Under the pieces are notes generated by a model. That model made no database searches, was not told where the DNA came from, and worked only from the letters and a program-made list of their open reading frames with translations. The position numbers were made by a program, and so were the translations under genes. Positions 46,895 to 64,000 of a DNA stretch of 64,000 nt are shown one piece after another. Source of the DNA: Paraspadella gotoi (taxonomy: Eukaryota > Animalia > Chaetognatha); assembly GCA_051294375.1 (NCBI GenBank), contig CM119265.1, positions 28,439,141 to 28,503,140 of the forward strand. Reading direction: 5' to 3'. Within the stretch, counting starts at the first letter, position 1; every line of letters starts with the position of its first letter.

Positions 46895-47901
46895 TCCTGG
46901 AGATCAATGCCCTCTGGAGGCTTATGGGAAAACGAAGAGCAAGGTTTTTCTTAAAAAAGTAACGGAAAAAAGAAGAGGAACGAAATGGAACTGAAGAGGA
47001 TAACGTTTTGGGAAAAAAAAATAAAGGAATTAGGATATCATAATTTTTCTTTTAATATTTTTTATTTTTGTTATATGAAATTGGTACAACCAATATATAT
47101 TTGGGTAAAAATTAAGGTTACAATAAATTATGGTTAAGAATAAATTAAGAATAAGTGTAAGTTAACTAGAAAAATAAGTTAAGGTTAAAAATAAGTTAGG
47201 GGTAAGTTAGAGTGAAGGGTAAGTTAGGGGTAAGGGTAAGTTAGGGGTAAAGGTAAGTTTGGATTAGGGGTAAGTTTGGGTTAACGGTAAGTTTGGGTTA
47301 GGGGTAAGTTAGGGGTAAATTAGAGTTAAATTTAAAATTAAGTTTCGGCTTAAGCATACAATAATTTAACTTTTCAAAAAAATAATATTTAAATATTAAT
47401 AAATTTATAAAAAAATATAATAATAATATTTATAAAATAACAAAGTTTGTATTTATGATTACAATGATGATCATTGTAATGATCATTTAATAATTCGGAG
47501 AGAGAGAGAGATATCAAAATTAAAATTGCCTTTCTCTCTATCTCTCAAAGTTAGTATCCAAATATTTATTAAAATTTTTAAAGGTTGAAGGTTAAAAAAA
47601 AAACAATAACCAAAACATATCCGAATTATTAAATGATCGTGGTTATCACAAATAAAAACTGTCATTTTGTAAATATCTATCAAAGGCAGTGAAAAAAAGA
47701 AATATTACAATTACTAATATTTAAAAAACATTTTTTAAAGAATTAAAAAGAAATCCTTAGCTCGTGAAGCTTAAAAAACGTTTTTAATATCATTGTTGTT
47801 ACGGTCTTAAATTTTCTTTTCTGTAAAGAAACAAACTTTACTTTTTCTTCTTCTTTCTCTTCGTTTTCCCATAAGCCTCCAGAGCGTATTCAACTCCGGG
47901 A
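46895..47901. mobile_element. MITE-like element with about 45-bp TIRs and internal degenerate TTAGGG-like repeats
   Basis: ctctggaggcttatgggaaaacgaagag (about 46912) is inverted at about 47857-47884; taagttagggg repeats at 47160-47340. Confidence 0.65.
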
Positions 47902-49052
47902 TCGCCGTTTTTTTTTTAAATTTTGAAAATGTGTTTTTCGATTTTGATCTGAGCTCAAAGTTTGGTGAAGATAAAATGCATGAAATAAAGAACCCGCAGA
48001 CAGGCTCGAATGAGTGAAACCCGCATATTCATAAGCGAATAGTTTTTTCTTTTCTTTTTTTTCAATTTTTTGGAAAAACTAGAAAGATTACAAGAAGTTT
48101 TAGAGCAAAGCAGTGCAGCTCCTCCGCTGCAGGGAAGCGAATGAGCTGAGCAGCGAAGGCAGCAGCCTGGATCGACCGTGAAAAAAGGAGCAGAGTAGTA
48201 GAGCAGCTGCGGAGAATGCTGCATGCTGCTCCTGAAGATCCAGGGTTCACGATTTAGAAGATTCGTATTAAATATATTTAGAAAAATTGATGATAAATAA
48301 TTAAATAATTAAATAATTAGTTAAAACGAATAAGAAAAAATCTTGATTAAAAGGTTAAAAAAATAGGGATTATTTAAGAGGTTATTAAAGAGATAATTTA
48401 AAGATATTATTTGGAAATGAAAATAATGACCTCTATAATGACTGGATAGAGAGAGAGTGAGTGTGTGTGAGAGAGAGAGAGAGAGAGGGGTAGGGAGGGA
48501 GAGTGAGAAAGAGAAAGAACATCTGTGAAGTGAGTTTTTCTCACAAATCTGTCACTAGATTGACATTTTCAGGCAGCAATAAATTTAAAACAAAAAAATG
48601 CTGGATGTTTTCTGTCCGTCTGTCTGCCAGTCCAATTTTCTTTCGTTGCCCGTATGTTTAAAATTTTGAGTAAAAATTTAAAAAAATAGATAAATAATAA
48701 AAAAAAAGAAATTCTGAGGCTTTTGTTTTTATTTCATTGTTAAACCAAAGCGCTACCTACTTTTAGCGACTCTAAACTATAGCTGTATAAAAGAAGATAC
48801 GTTGTTAGAATTTTATTAAATAAGACATAAGACACAATATCGCAATTTGTCTACTCTGCTCGTGATCATTTGTAACTGCGACCCATGGCCTATTCTCGGC
48901 CCGTCCTCTCTGAATGAATTCTAATCTGAAAAAAAAAAACTTTATGTTCTTAACTTTTTTTCTTTTTTTCTTTGAGAAACAAGTGAAATAACAATCTCAA
49001 GAGACATTTAAACCTGAACTTTGCAAAATCTATCATTTTAGCTTACGTAGAC

Positions 49053-49088
<36 letters not shown>

Positions 49089-49449
49089 CGTCAATATCAC
49101 TACTCAATCAAAACCAAATGCTACTTTCATTAGGTTATTAGATTATCAAGAAATAACATCACATATCAGAGATAGTTCTAATTCCAATGTGTATTTCAGA
49201 GTTTTAGCTTAACAAACGCACCAATGAAAATAAAAATGATAGAAACATAAAATCCGGTACTATTTTAGGAATTATATTATTATTAAAAAGAAAATTAAAT
49301 TTAAATTTAAATTTTTTTTCAGTGTGAATTTTTTTTTAAAATAATGTTTTGATTTATTTTGTTGTTTCATCTTTAAGGGCACGAGGGCAAAAAGGCGAGA
49401 ACATAATAATTCAAGCTGCTATGTAGTAACGAAATAAATTGGGGGGAGG

Positions 49450-49502
<53 letters not shown>

Positions 49503-49777
49503 GATAAAAATAAAATACTATGCAAAACAAAATATCACCCATTTAAACCACAGTTTGTTTTTTTTATACAATAAGATCACAAAATGACGTCATAAAAAAG
49601 TGAACATTTTTTGTACAACTGGAAGTAAAACAAAAGAGAGGGCGGGGGAAGGGAAATTGAGAGTAAAACTTATGACTTAGCCTAAAATTGAGAATTAAAC
49701 TTATAACTTCGCCCAAATAAAAAAATTAGGGGAAAATTAGGGAAAAATGGAGTGAGAGAGAGGGAAAGGGGGAAGAG

Positions 49778-49880
<103 letters not shown>

Positions 49881-50509
49881 ATGTTACAAATTTTGGCACA
49901 ATTAAGGGAATTTTCGGTTCTCATTGTCTTCTTTGAGTGTCACACGACTAGCGTCACACACTCGTCGAACCAATCAAGAGAAACCGAGGACTAGTTAAGG
50001 TTAATACTAATTAAGCAAATGTGAGCTCGGTTAAAAAAAAATTACAGCCTCCAAACAACGTGAATATAACTTAATTTAGTATTATTATTGGACTTTTTTT
50101 TAAATCCTTAACAGATTTTCAAAAACGATTGATATATATATATTTATAAACACGATTGTATTAAAAAAAATGAAGAGGATTTAAATAATGCCCATCCAAA
50201 TCCCAACATTCGTGTTTTTACGCTCGAAAGTTTCACTCGATGAGATAAACTTAATTCAAGCGAAAAAGAAAATAAAAGAGCAACTCTAAAAAAAAAGTTT
50301 AACCGACAATAGACGCGATTTTTAAAGATATGATTTGGATAAACTAAATAATAATGATTACGAAACTGGTTTGAAAAAAAAAACAAGACAAAGGTATTTA
50401 AGCGAAATGTGTTTTGAAAAATGTCAATTGAGTAGTGATAAGTAAAAATCATGTGAGCCAATAACTCCAGTATATAGATAAAAAAAGGCAAGCTCTTTCT
50501 AACCAAGCA

Positions 50510-51067
50510 TCCCAATCAATCAACGTCTTTACCAATCATTTCCTAATCCGTCACAGCCTGAACATATTATATTCTTCTTTCAATCCCCAGTTCAAACAAT
50601 CAATTCGACAAAACAACCTATCTACCAATCATTTCTTCATTCAATCAAACAATCACTTTCACGACCAATCAATCAATCAAACAACCCTTAAACATTTCTA
50701 CCAATCATTTCGTTATTCAATCAAACAATCACTTTCACGACTATTTAATCAATCAATTAGCCGTTAAACCTTTCTACCAATCATTTTTTAATTAATCAAA
50801 CAATCACTTTCACGACCATTCAATTAATCAATCAACCGTTAAACCTTTTTTCCAATGACTTTATCATGAATCAACCAATCAATGCTACAACAACTCATTT
50901 CCTTAATCAATCAAACAATCAATCAATCTCTTGCCTAACCAATCACTTCAACAAATCATTACTTCGACCAATAAAGCAATAACTTTCACAACGAATCAAG
51001 CAATTATTTCAACCAATCACTTTTCCACAACCAATCAATCAATCACTATTCACAACCAATGAAACAA
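50510..51067. repeat. Degenerate (ACCAATCA/TCAA)-based minisatellite in the HR4 3' region
   Basis: Recurring ctaccaatcattt..tcaatcaaacaatcactttcacgac. Confidence 0.7.
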
Positions 51068-63729
<12,662 letters not shown>

Positions 63730-64000
63730 CTGTCAAGAGGGAGGAAGGTGCACGCGGTTTAAAGGGGACCCTTGCATCTGGAAGAGATTTGACTACATTT
63801 ACTAAATCATTATGTCATACATTAATTACTTTTATCAGTTAATCAATCGTTTAATCCTTCTTTTAGTAATTTACACTAGCACGCTTTTACAAACAATAAT
63901 TTTACAATTGCTTACAAAATATAGAAAATTTATCAAATAGTACACTCGGCCAATCACTCTACCACTCACTCGACCAATTACTTTACCACTCACTCGACCA

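Noticed and set aside
47160-47340. Telomere-like TTAGG(G) repeats
   Set aside because: Degenerate and enclosed by the TIRs of a MITE-like element, so not a chromosome end.

Overview
Draft-quality genomic DNA from an animal, probably a protostome invertebrate: AT-rich introns, CpG-rich exons, microsatellites and N gaps. I reconstructed three spliced host genes by hand. (1) A + strand His-rich and Met/Gln/Gly-repeat orphan protein (2.3-6.6 kb). (2) A - strand Toll-like single-pass TIR receptor with a Cys-rich ectodomain and no visible LRRs (34.7-46.0 kb). (3) The nuclear receptor HR4/NR6A (51.1-63.7 kb; its 5' end lies outside the window). The 9-34 kb block is a mosaic of decaying orphan genes, almost all on the + strand. 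It contains a CpG-poor, intronless, RNA-virus-like two-ORF insert whose frames are joined by a canonical -1 ribosomal frameshift signal (G_GGU_UUU plus an H-type pseudoknot, present twice). It also contains two paralogous basic Zn-knuckle ORFs and several LTR-like modules ending in anti-tRNA-Lys sequence, one of them a complete 76-nt tRNA with CCA. The TIR-gene intron holds a 6.5-kb hAT element with an 8-bp TSD, nested Gypsy and HINE pieces, and two minimal hammerhead ribozymes. All calls come from reading the sequence; no database search was run.
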